DNA from: Phoronis australis
Lineage: Eukaryota > Animalia > Phoronida
Direction of reading: 5' to 3'
Assembly: GCA_002633005.1 (NCBI GenBank)
Contig: NMRA01001122.1
Location: 1-53,000 of the forward strand
Length of the DNA stretch: 53,000 bases
A program made the translations under genes and the position numbers. This document shows, piece after piece, positions 1 to 11,855 of this stretch (position 1 is its first letter; each line of letters starts with the position of its first letter). The notes under the pieces are model-generated. The model had not been told where the DNA came from. It made no database searches and was given only the letters and a program-made list of their open reading frames with translations.

Positions 1-105
1 TACATTGTTCTTTAGCATTCAATGCCTCGTTTTAGCATCAAGTTTAACAAGCGCGCTTGTTCCAAGCATGCAGAACCATTTGTGGTTTAGGCGCAACACT
101 GCCTC

Positions 106-261
106 CCAGGAAGGATCCGTGATTTTTAAAAGAGGGGTCGGATTAAGGTTTTTTAAAACGGGGATCCAAATCATTAATTTCAAAATTCTAGATTTGATAT
201 CTAGTAACTAAAATCAAGGCAGCGAGGGGTCCTGGATCCCTTGACCCTCTGGAACCGCCTA
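106..261. mobile_element. Short MITE-like element (CAGGGGCGGATCCAG-type termini), degenerate copy
   Basis: Colinear similarity to 41011-41163; related termini at 26192-26349 and 29060-29345. Confidence 0.6.
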
Positions 262-412
262 TAGCCTCATTTTCAAGCATAAGGGCGAATTCGGGCAACA
301 AGTCAATAAATATACAAAAATAACATTTACAGAGGAGTCGCATTTAGTTACATCACGCACGCCAAGATGGTTGGCCTATTTTGAATAAGATTATTGTTGC
401 ATAACGAATTAC

Positions 413-598
413 CTATGCATGGAACATGACTTGCGTTCCACTTATCCTGGGCTATGCACTTGGCGTATTTCTTCATCGACTTGTCCGGGAATACATGACC
501 GTCTTCACAGGTGTGCGCTACTACTGCTCCTTTGTTTATTGTCATTGCCTTTACGCTTGGGACGCTATTGGCAACTTTCGGAACTTTACACGACAAAG
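413..598 (-). CDS. Exon 15: Sushi/CCP domain 4
   Basis: LSCKVPKVANSV...HTCEDGHVFPDKSMKKYAKCIAQDKWNASHVPCI has the C-C-C-W-C CCP pattern; acceptor tacttttcag, donor G|GTAATT; 186 nt, phase 1-1. Confidence 0.9.
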
Positions 599-3500
599 CT
601 GAAAAGTAGTTATTTATTATTTTGCAGTGGCGGTGTTGGCAGAGGGAGGACTGAAAAGCAATTATAAGGGCTCGCAAAATCACAAGATAACACTATATTT
701 CGAGTGGAGTTCATTGGTTATCAGGGGCACAAATCACCACCGCTCAACTTAATTAATTCCACAATGAACGTAGTGGAGCTTTAGCTTCCCGTAGTTACAG
801 TGAAGGGCTGCGTGACACCTTGGGATTCAGCATAATCTATCTGTGCGTGTGCGTGAGTGAGCGCATGCGAGTGTGTGTACACGTACGCCCGTGTCATTTA
901 AACCGCATTCTTTTTTCAGTGAACAAAACTGGTTATATACCCGTGCTAAGATAACGTTATTGTTATTATTGTTTTGTTATATTGCTAAATGTAACGAGCA
1001 ACCGTGTGTGTCCACTTTGAACGCCAGCGCGCAACGTGAGTTGTGAGCTAATTTTATTTGAGTTTTCTCCGATTCTTCAACGAATAAGTTTGTAAACTAG
1101 AGAGCTTCGGCTTAACTTTAATTGTGAACATAAACCCGTGAAGTCAGTGTATTTTGCTTGCTACGTCACAATGGTAACCTACATTTATGATCGACATATG
1201 TCCCGGATAATAGATAAATGATACGTACGTCGCAAGCTCGTTACCAGAGATGAAAAGGAGACTGATGTAGGCGATGTAAGGTCATTTATTATGACTAGTA
1301 CAATTACAATAAAATGAATACAGGTAATCTCTGGAAAGATGGGCAATAAAAAGCGCCACAAGAGATGTTGTAAGAATTTTCGCGTTGGGTCGTGTCTCAC
1401 GGACGGTAACAAGGTGGAGACAGTGATCTCGCGTAAAGGTACAGCAGAAGAATAATTGAAAATGACCTTTACTATCAGGTCCTTGTCGCTTTGCTGGTCA
1501 GATTTTTCTCAGAAAAGACACAGTGATGAGGTAGTAATGAATGACACAGGAAGTGTGCTGCCTCATGTTCCGTGCCAAAACGTCTCTATATCGGTAATAA
1601 TTCATGTTAGCAAATGAGAGAATGATTTGATTGGAGATATTCAAAGCAAACGGGAAAAACTGTCGCTTAATTAAACAAAATACTTTTTGGTGCATTGTTT
1701 ACCAAAAAGACTTTTGGTATAAAAATGACAGCTTAGAATTTTTTCCTTGGGGGCACAGAATATAATGATGCTATTCCGGTCGTTGCTTTGACCCCTCCGC
1801 CTGTGGCCGCCCACACCCTAGTCACTACCTGTTCCGGCATCCGCATCCTGGCGGCCGTTAATAAGCGTCCCACTCCCCTGTCCCTCGCCTCACTACGCCG
1901 CAGAGACACTTGGAAATATCGGAATTCCAGAAGAAATTACACAGTGACTGGTACTGGCGCTGCCAAGGGGGTAACAGGTCCCTAGGAAGCGGGGAGAGGG
2001 AGAGGAGGGCACGAGCTACCACCAAAATTTTGCAAGCGTCAGGGTTAAACCGTGGCAACCGACATAGGCGTGGGGCAGGGTACAGTTGAGAAAAAAAAAT
2101 AATGCAAACACGCAAGCTGTTGAGAATAAAAAATGTTATCCACGGTTGAGAAGTAATTTCTGAACCCGATTTGTTCTTCAGCAAGAAAACCATTTTCATC
2201 AACCCATGCAGTCAACCGTTTATTTAGAACCGAAGTGAAGACTTTACTGACAACGTTCAATAACGTAATGCCCCTATAGTTAGTGGGACCAGATGCATCA
2301 CCTTTTTGAATAATGGTAGTATTATGCCGGTACCCCACGTTTCTAGGAATTTCTCGGTATGCAAAATTTAATTAAATAAATTAAATGGCAATTTCTTAAT
2401 TTCATCAACTGAAAACTTAAAAAATTCATCTGTAATTAATTGAGTTTTTATTAAGCACTAAAATGTTTTGGTATCATTCGATTCACACGCTTTTAACATT
2501 AAATTATACGTTTCTTTATTCTTATTACTTGTCTTCAGTTTGCATAACCTCTAAATTCTTTCTTAATGCAAATGTATTCGCTTAGTATATCGTCATTTCT
2601 AGTACAAACAATTTAAGAAGAACATTTTTCTTTTCTTGCATTATTTTTGTTGAACCGTGAGCAATAGCCCTATGAGCTTTGAAATAAACGTTTTTGTTTG
2701 TTTTGTTTGTTTTGATAAATCACTTGGCCGACAAAACGTAGCGCCATTATTCCGTGTATCGACCGAGATCAGGGAATAGTCTCGAGGAATATTACTTTAT
2801 CTCCGTCAATAGAGGTGCGATTTGCATCCATCCCATACGCCCATACCTAAAGTTTATTTCATTTTTTCGCAGATTTTTTAAATACTTCACCCAGACTGTT
2901 CACGTGGCGGATCACTTCCTGTATGTATGTACTTGCGCGTTAGGGTTCAAGTTTTCTCTGGTAAAAAGTTTTAAATGCAAAAATTTATTACTTGAAAAGA
3001 GGTAACAAAGATGAAAACAACAGTGATTGTGCATTGAACTTGTAACATTTCCTGAAAGTAGTTAAATAACAATATTTGATAATTTAGTTACCGAGGAATC
3101 GGCACCTGAGTTGAAGACAATAAATTTAGAAATTGAAAACTGAGACAGAAGTGTCATATAATTAAAGTTTTGCTCTAGATGTTGCGTTTGGGACCTGATT
3201 CCAGGTTCCTTTTTATTTACAGAGATTAGCTTACCGAAATAAAGAAAACTTTGACTTGCTCTTCTGCCAAGAACGTCAAATTTATTCGAAATTTTTGGTC
3301 GCATGTTTTTCGTGGTTTATCATCCACATCCAACATGAGCAAGTCCAAAAAGTTGAAGTCGTCTTTCAAAAGTCACATCGAACAGATCATAGGACTAGGT
3401 CATTTTCTTGTTGACTACAACGCCACCACTTAAGGGGGCGTAAGTTGTGACCTCTCGGGTCTAGTTAAGCACACGTTCGCGTTCAATGTGTAACCGAAGC

Positions 3501-6500
3501 TTTCCAATGGAACATAACGAATACGCGAGCGTGAACCCGTGACCTTGGCCCGGTATCTAATCCTTGTACTCGGAACGAAGTCGAAATTATTTTAGGCAAT
3601 TTACTACTTTTGTGCAAAGTCAAGATAAATGGTTATTAGACTGTGCTCGAATACATTACAGTTTACGCATTTGAGTTTTTAGTCCAAGTTTGCACTTGAT
3701 GACCGTAATATAAGTGCTACAAACTCGAGTAAAAACTCGAAATTTTGAGTTCAAACTGGAACTTTTAGCCTTAATGTTGGGTTTATCAACTGCGAACTAG
3801 GACTAAAAAATTATCCACGTAAGTCATCATGTACTCGAGCATAGAATAGTCGAGTAGAAAATGCCAAACTTTAGTTTGGAGTTCCATTTCGAGTGGATTA
3901 CAACCCGGGCCGTGGTTACTCTCACATTTACGCTCGCGTTTAACGTGTAGCCGTAGCTATGTACTAACAGCTAACAATAGGTTTAAGGGCAAAATACATT
4001 ACTGTGGAGCCCCTAACAATAGGTGTAACACCATAGTGGACACCTGTGTAGCTCCTCCACAGAAATGAAGAAAATGGGGTGGGTCAGGTTTGACGGCAGT
4101 TTTGTGGACCAAAGGGGACGTGGTTGCCACGAATGGTATTCAATAGTTTTTTGAAATTGTTTTGAGCTAGTAAATTGAGTTCAGGTGTGTGGCCTGCGCC
4201 CTTTTCTAGGATACGGAAGTCCTGCTATTTTGATAACAGATCCTTAATTAGCCTTGAATTTTTGGAGTGAATCCGGGTATCCTTCGGACAAGTGTCACAA
4301 ATCTGATAAGTAATTACGTATCTTAACCTAAAATTTTGGAATCTAGAGTGAACGAGCATTCGGATGATGGTCTCTTTTCTTGCACCGGGGTAGTCGTGAA
4401 TTTGTGATTTTAAGTGAAAAAAATGGCCAACATCGCAATTTTTGGCAACACAATTTTTTCGCGGTGGATGTAGCAAGATACAAAGACATGACTTAGTTGA
4501 ATTTCTCCATTTTTGAGAAATCCCATAGAGTGTACTTTCTGTCTGTAATGCCTTTTTCAGGCCGAGTGTCAGCAACAGGTGTGCAAACAAGAGCTTCGAT
4601 TAACCCAGGCCAATAATACGGTCAAAATCAGCATCCGGTACTGTGGTCTTAATCCATAAGTAACCGGACTTATCATCGTCTTGCAGCCAGTTTTTAGTAT
4701 TTTTTCCAGCAATCTGGGATTTGGACCGAACTTTCCTTCAACGAAGTTGTCACCATATAACGAAAGAAGCAGCGATTAAAAGAAAAAATCAAGCTCAAGG
4801 CGCATGCCCTTGTCACGTGCTATTGTATTTGAAGTCGAAGACGAACGTTTCCTTGCAGTAAAAGTGGGATGGGTTGCCAATAAAAGACCATTAGTTAGAT
4901 TGCTTTTCTCCCTGACTCCGATCTGTTACACTTATTTTTTTCTAGAACACAATAGTAAGCTATAATCACATACAGCCTCATTTTGAAAACATGTTTTGGT
5001 TCGTCTTTTGGGATAGAACACCTTGTTTTGTTCCTTTGGTGAGACAAGTTGTCTAATGGAGTTCCTTGTAAGATTCCTCACCTCTAACTTGATTAACTCC
5101 AGTTTTAAGTTGAGTGTCTCACTGGAGCGTAGTAAGGCGGTTATAAATTCGCTTTTATCACACAGAAAAAAATGATTTCGACCCTTACCGTGATGGAATT
5201 CTTCTCAAAAATTTTCTTAGTCAAAATGCATGTTCCAGTGACTTAAAAAATGGGAGTTCGTTTCATCTTCAAACCGTGCTCAGTGAATTTCAGGTCACAC
5301 AGTAATTTGAAATTTTGTGAACGCGGTCTGAAGAAATAACGCCAGTTATATCCTTCTAAATAGAGTAAAGAAAAAGAAAACACCAAATTTAAAAGGGCAA
5401 CAGTGCTAAATCAAATATTGGCTTTTTGTAATTCAAAGTCCAGATTAAATAACCCTTTAACTAGCGCTGCCCAGTGGATCCTATTGTAATTCCAATTACA
5501 AAACATGCTGGTACTTACGGATACAATTTTCAATTATTACGTCCCATTTATGAAAGCCCAAACAAACGGCAGACTTTTTGGTGGAGCCGTCAGGGTAATT
5601 GTAGTCAGTATTGCAGGTGAACGTCACTTTGGCACCCTTGGGCACGCTTCCAGAGGGAGAGCTGACGCTGTTTAAATTTTGTTGTACGCACTGCACAGCT
5701 GAAAACGGAGAGTGACAACGCCAAGAAGTGGCTAAACAACGCAGCCGAGATGAAAGAAATCGGCACTACAAAAACTGAAGTACACCAAAAGGGATTGTTC
5801 TAAAACCCCCTCGATCCTCACATCATGCGATCCAAGCGACCCATAACACTACGACCAACAACCCTGCCGACCCACGACCTGCGGCAGAGGCACGTTTGCG
5901 CTTTTTACACATTTCAAAATCTGAGGGACTTTCCTATATAGTCGGGTTTGTTGTGCAAATTTTGTTGGAATTTTTTGGGGAAAGTGGAAACTGTACATTT
6001 TTGGAAACCTCATGGAATGACAAATCAGAAAATAATTGATTCCATTTTTTGGCGGCCATCTTGCATTTTCAAAAATGGCGCCGGTAACCTGGATTTTGCC
6101 CAATATCTGCTTTTGGGTCGATGTTGGTTTTTATGACTACACCAGCAGCTATCAGGTTAAGGAATTGGATATATTAATTCTATTGGCGGCCATCTTGGCG
6201 GCCATCTTTGATTTTTAAAAATGGCGCCCGTAAGATACATTTTCCTCAGTATCTTTGCTCTTGGGTCACTTAGAATGTTAGTTTTAATGACTACACCCAC
6301 ATTCTTGTGGTTAAGAAGTCTGAAAATGCAAATTATTGAATGAGAAACATAATCAAAACCCCATTTATTAGCAGCCACATTTTCTAAATGCATTCAACAC
6401 ATGATCACTATCTTAGTTTCAAGTTTTTCTTTTGCTCGGAGCTTGTTTTCTTCAAGACACTTAAACTAAACCAGTACCAAAACAACTTATTTACGTTTAA

Positions 6501-9500
6501 AGAACAGAGAAGTATGTTTTTGTAGTGTGAATAGTCTTTCAAAACTTTGAAATCAGTCTATAGATCATTACTGTAGCCATCACTGTCACCAGGAATCACA
6601 TGATATAGATCTGTGTAAGATAGGTCCTTTGATTGGCAAGAGCATCTTTGGGAAAACGAATTGTTTTGACACTGACATCTAACCATCTCAATGATAGCCT
6701 CTGGCGCCGGAAGCTCCTCAGTTGTGAGGGTTTCAGCTGGTCATCTTTGTCCTTGTAAATTCATTCTGTAATGGGCCAAGGAACTCCTGTCGAGCAATGA
6801 CTGCCTGGCACCACACTCTGGCTAGAATAAACACCGTCAACACATGCTGTTTTGTCGCTGTCAGCCATATGTTTACAGAANNNNNNNNNNNNNNNNNNNN
6901 NNNNNNNNNNNNNNNNNNNNNNNNNNNNNNNNNNNNNNNNNNNNNNNNNNNNNNNNNNNNNNNCTCCTGTTGCTCTCATCACTGATCCTCAGCCCGGTTA
7001 CTGCGAAAATTATATGCCATCCGACTGTCAAAGGCAAAATGCATTTCCATTGAGTAGAGGAGAGCTAGATTCCAACGCAGTGAACAGTGGAAATAAAATC
7101 AAAATCTTCAAAAGATATGTTTCAAATATCTTTTCAAAAGGATATAGATATACACTGTAAATAAAGATTAATCTGCGTTCCTGTGCTTCCTTTAAATATT
7201 CTGGGGGGTTTGTAGCTGCTATTAAAATCATTTAGATTATATTATCATTTTATAAATAGTGTTTTTCAATTCCTTACCCCACAAAATGTGGGTGCAGTCA
7301 TTAAAACTAACAATCTAAGTGACCCAAGAGCAAAGATACGGGCGCCATTTTTAAAAATCCAATAGAATTAAAATTTCCAATTCCTTGGCCTGAGAAATGC
7401 AGGGGTAGTCATAAAAAACAGCATTCTAAGTGACCCAAGAGCAGATATACTGAGCAAAATGTATTTTACCGGCGCCATTTTTGAAATTTCAAGATTTCTG
7501 CCAAGATGGCCGATAATGAAATTAAAATTTCCAATTCATTGACCTCAGAACTTCAGGTGTAGCCATAAAAACTAATATTCTCAGTGACCCAAAGGCGGAT
7601 ATATTGGGCAAAATCTATTTTAACGGCTCCATTTTTGAAAATCCAAGATGGCCGCCAAGATGGCCATCGAAAAAGTGGAATCAATTATTTTCTGATTCGT
7701 CATTCCATGAGGTTTCTAAAAATGTATAATTTCCACTTTCCCCAAAAAATTCCAACGAATGTCAAAATTTGGACACAGTGAACCTGACTAATAAGACACG
7801 AAACTGCTCTGGCTCAAGACTGGTGGTTAATAACATAAAGTGGCATAAGAACATGGCGGACCGTGAGTGTGGTATCGTTGCCACGGATATAGTTCCACGA
7901 GCGACTAGCAATGACCCTGTTCTACAAACCTTAGGGAGAGAGTACGTCGATGTGTATACAGTTTGTTCACCTTCGGCGGAAGCTTTCATTAACAAAGGCT
8001 ACCCACCATTATTACACTAGACCTCGACCAATGGCCATGTATAAATCCTCTGTTTTTAGAGAGTCCGTGACAATTGACATATAAAACTGTTACCGCACCG
8101 GCCACAAGCCATTAAACGGTGACATTTTCAACAAAAATGGTGAACCTCGTGGAACTCTACCGGTTTCAAATCAGTCTTTTGTGATTGCATCAAGTTTACT
8201 TCGTTGATGGCGTTACGTGCACACTAATTTGAAACGTTATACATCAAACTTTGGCAATGTTCATCAGACAATGTGTTTATTCCAAGCTGGCGTAGCAAGA
8301 ATCTAGCGTCATCAGCCATTTCCTGTTCAGTGAAAATGGTGCTGATCAAAGCCGGTGTTATAGGACTCAGTGTCCCTATGGGGTCAGTATCCTACCTGCA
8401 TATATTTGAATGAAGCATCCGGTCGTTCACTGAATAAAGCTCTCGTATGTTGGCTTTCAAATGCATGAAGTAAGGCATTGAGCCCTAGGGAACACAGCGA
8501 CTTTGATCAGCACCACCAACCGCCTTGGCCATTTTCACTGCATAGCAAATCTCCCGAGTATTATGTGAGCAGAAGAGTCGAAGCATTTTTGTGGAGAAAG
8601 CTCTCTAAAATAAGCATTTGGGAATGAAATGGAGCGCTGGGGGGTACTGCCGTACGAGATGAGTTAAATATTTCCAGTAATGTTGAGCACGGGTGTCGAA
8701 CTTGTTCGGGTCTTGCTGGACAGTCAAGTGTGTTTGCATTCTCCTTTCGTCTTCCAGTCGGAAATTTTGAGTTGCCTTCTATAATTACTTGTGGTTGATT
8801 TTAATCGTAAACATGAAATTATTTTTGGAAAAGCTGACTTTTCTGTGTTTGACTATCTAAACGAAAACGATTGAGTTAAAAAACTAGAGTTATCTCAACC
8901 ATTGTATGAACACAAAGCTCGCTCCCCAGAATTGTCAATTCCGTTTTGAAACCCCGATAACTTAATAATTATAATTTATTAGGGATAACTATTACCAGTG
9001 TACTGCGGTGCTTTTGGATGTGATGCCTGAACTTAAAAAATACACAAATTTATGCCGGTCAAAGTGAGTTAACAATGTGACTGACTGCCGTCATGTTGTT
9101 CAACAGAATGGTCGACGGTTATTGGTCTCGCAGATTTTTGCGAAAGTAAAAATAAAAGAAAACAAATTCACTTAAGAAAGCTCCGAACAATTGCAGAAAT
9201 GTTGTCTGCGATAAAATTAGTGCAATCCTGTTGAACTGTTACCAATTGATTCGAGCTTCATTGTCGCCGATTGATCTTTAATTCACTTATTATGTTTTAC
9301 GCATCGTACGACTGTCGTTAAAGACGTTTATAACGTATTTTAACCCTTTTCAAAAATAATCTTGACTTAATAGATTCGATTTATGAGATTTATCGCGAGA
9401 GATATTTTTGCAGCGGACGAACACATTAGTGTACCCTCCGGCTGCGCACAGCAGGTGTCGTACAGCAGCTAAAGTGCTAATTTTCCCGGCAAGCTGTAGT

Positions 9501-11766
9501 CGTACTCTGATCCGTCGAACAGAAAAATGGTCCGTTATTCCCCTCTATGGCCGGCATTCCTGTCCTGCTGTGGGACGGAAGGTGCGTTGTCCTGTTTTCG
9601 GTGCTTCGCAGGTCCGTCTGCCGTTTGTCTCAGAATTGGTGCATTCTTCATGTTTCGATCATACGCCTTGTTTATGCTGCGTTTGAAACGTGTGGTCTGT
9701 CATATTGTCAAGATGCCCACAGGCGTGTACCAAAAAATTGCTGAGAGAACCCCTATCGTGGGTGCCAGTTCTGCTAATTCCCACCCCTTTTGCGGAGTTG
9801 ATTTTTCTGTCTCACCCCCTTTTGCGGGCCTGAAGCCAAAGTAGCGGGCCTTTTGCGGGGACAGAATTTAGGGACCCATTGGACCCCGTGGGGGTCCCCC
9901 AGAACTTGCTGAAAAAATACAGCCTACCGCAATTTTTGGTACTCGCTTGCGGACACATGGTCAATATGAGTGTGCCCCCTGGGTAGTTGTCCCGGATAGT
10001 ACAACAGTAGAGTGTTCTTTATACCAACCAGAGCCAGCGAAACCGAAAGTGAGTCAATAACCTGACGGTGCCGAACCCAGCTTTAAAAATTATAAGTGGA
10101 GGGTCGACGGCGTCGTGGGCCGAGGGTCGAGTGGATTGTGTGTCGATCGGGTTGTGGGTAGAGGAGTTTTAGAACAATCCCACCAAAACTGTAGATACTT
10201 GAAGTATTGGCCAGTTATACCTACTTGTACCACAGAAATTAGGAAAACACATGGTTGAAAACAATTACCTCACACAGTTGAACCATGTACCAAACCTCGT
10301 ACCAATTTCACCACTGACAGCAGCTTAGTCAATTGGAGCAAATCCTATCTCCCAAGATACAACATTGGCTACATGACAAGCATAACAGCAAGCTATAGGC
10401 CATAACAAGTTATAATAGATATAAAACCTTTCCTCAAATTATCACCAGCTAGTCGCCACAAAGAACCCTACCTATACAGTGTGGTACGGTGACGTCCCAT
10501 GTTTGTTCTGTGAGACACTTTGTTTGCATAATGTATGTTCCATCAGGGAAAGCAAAGTTTCTTAGGCACGTGTGTGTAACTGTCATTCCCTGTTTTACTT
10601 GATGCACCGAGTCAGAAACGCTTTTGTGAACCTTCTGTATTGTACATCTTCCAGCTGTAAAATATGCCCGCAATAGTCAGCAGACTGCCAAAATTGAAAT
10701 GCATGCCGAAAGCCTTAATCGTTAGATCTTTATCGTCGTGAGAGTATAACAGAGTGATTCGCTTGCCAAAGCCAGTAACGACAAGATTAATATCTTTTCG
10801 GGAATCCTGATTGGACCCTTTTTGTGGCAGTGATTTTGGAACGAGATTGACACTGTTTGAGTAATCCAGAACTGGTAATTTGACGGCGTGATAGTCGCAG
10901 GCAGTACTGGATTAAAGCACAGGGGCCCGTTCCAACAAAACTGACTGAGCTAAGACAATTCTGAAATCTTACTAAATTTTAAAATAAAAGTTAAATTTGT
11001 CTCAAATTCATTTCAAGGGAGAGATCTTATTAAGCTTGATTTAAGTGTTTGACGAAAGCTTTGTCTTAATTTTGACAAACTTACCGGATGTGGAAGTTTC
11101 AAAGACTGGAAGTTAAGACAAATCTTAGATTTAAGTCAAAAATGAACTTAAGTCAGTTTCTTGGAACGGGCCCCAGAACTCTTTACCTGGAATGCCAACG
11201 ACGTACACACGTGTCCCGTGCATTCTTTTGTTGGAGCTTGCGATCACGAGATTTCACGCGAAAGTTCGCACTTTGAATTTCCGGTTGTCTGCTTGACAGA
11301 GATTTGTTCGAGTGTTGTAGTCATCAATTAAAGCATACTTTCATTTTTGTTCATCAACTCTTGAGGTACGGTTACAGACAACTAAATAGTTTTCGGCAAA
11401 ATTAGTCAACAAAGGCGTCGATTACATAGGTCATTCTTTATACATAGCAACTTGTGGTCCTGGCAGGATGCCAGGAATAGTCTCGGCGTTGCCAGCTCTA
11501 GTCTTAGAGCCACTTTCGATAACCTACCGAACTGCATGTTAGGAGTTTTTCAATAAGACATTTTTGGCTGTTAAAACCATGCTACAGTATTTCACGGAAA
11601 GAAGTGGCGATTGGTTTCTGTGTGCTTGCTTTGAAAATTATCAATGAAAAAGGCCCTTTAAACAGATGTGTTTACGTACGGCCGTAGATTAGATACCCGA
11701 CAATTCTCAAAATCTACTATTGTCTTTATTTGCATCGCTAACTATAAATAAACATTTTCATAATGA

Positions 11767-11855
<89 letters not shown>

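Larger units (their letters stand above)
5791..10181. mobile_element. TIR element with 7-bp target-site duplication, expanded by nested insertions
   Basis: TIRs gggattgttctaaaac / gttttagaacaatccc; subterminal cgaccc-type repeats on both arms; ACCAAAA directly flanks both ends (5784-5790, 10182-10188). Confidence 0.75.
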
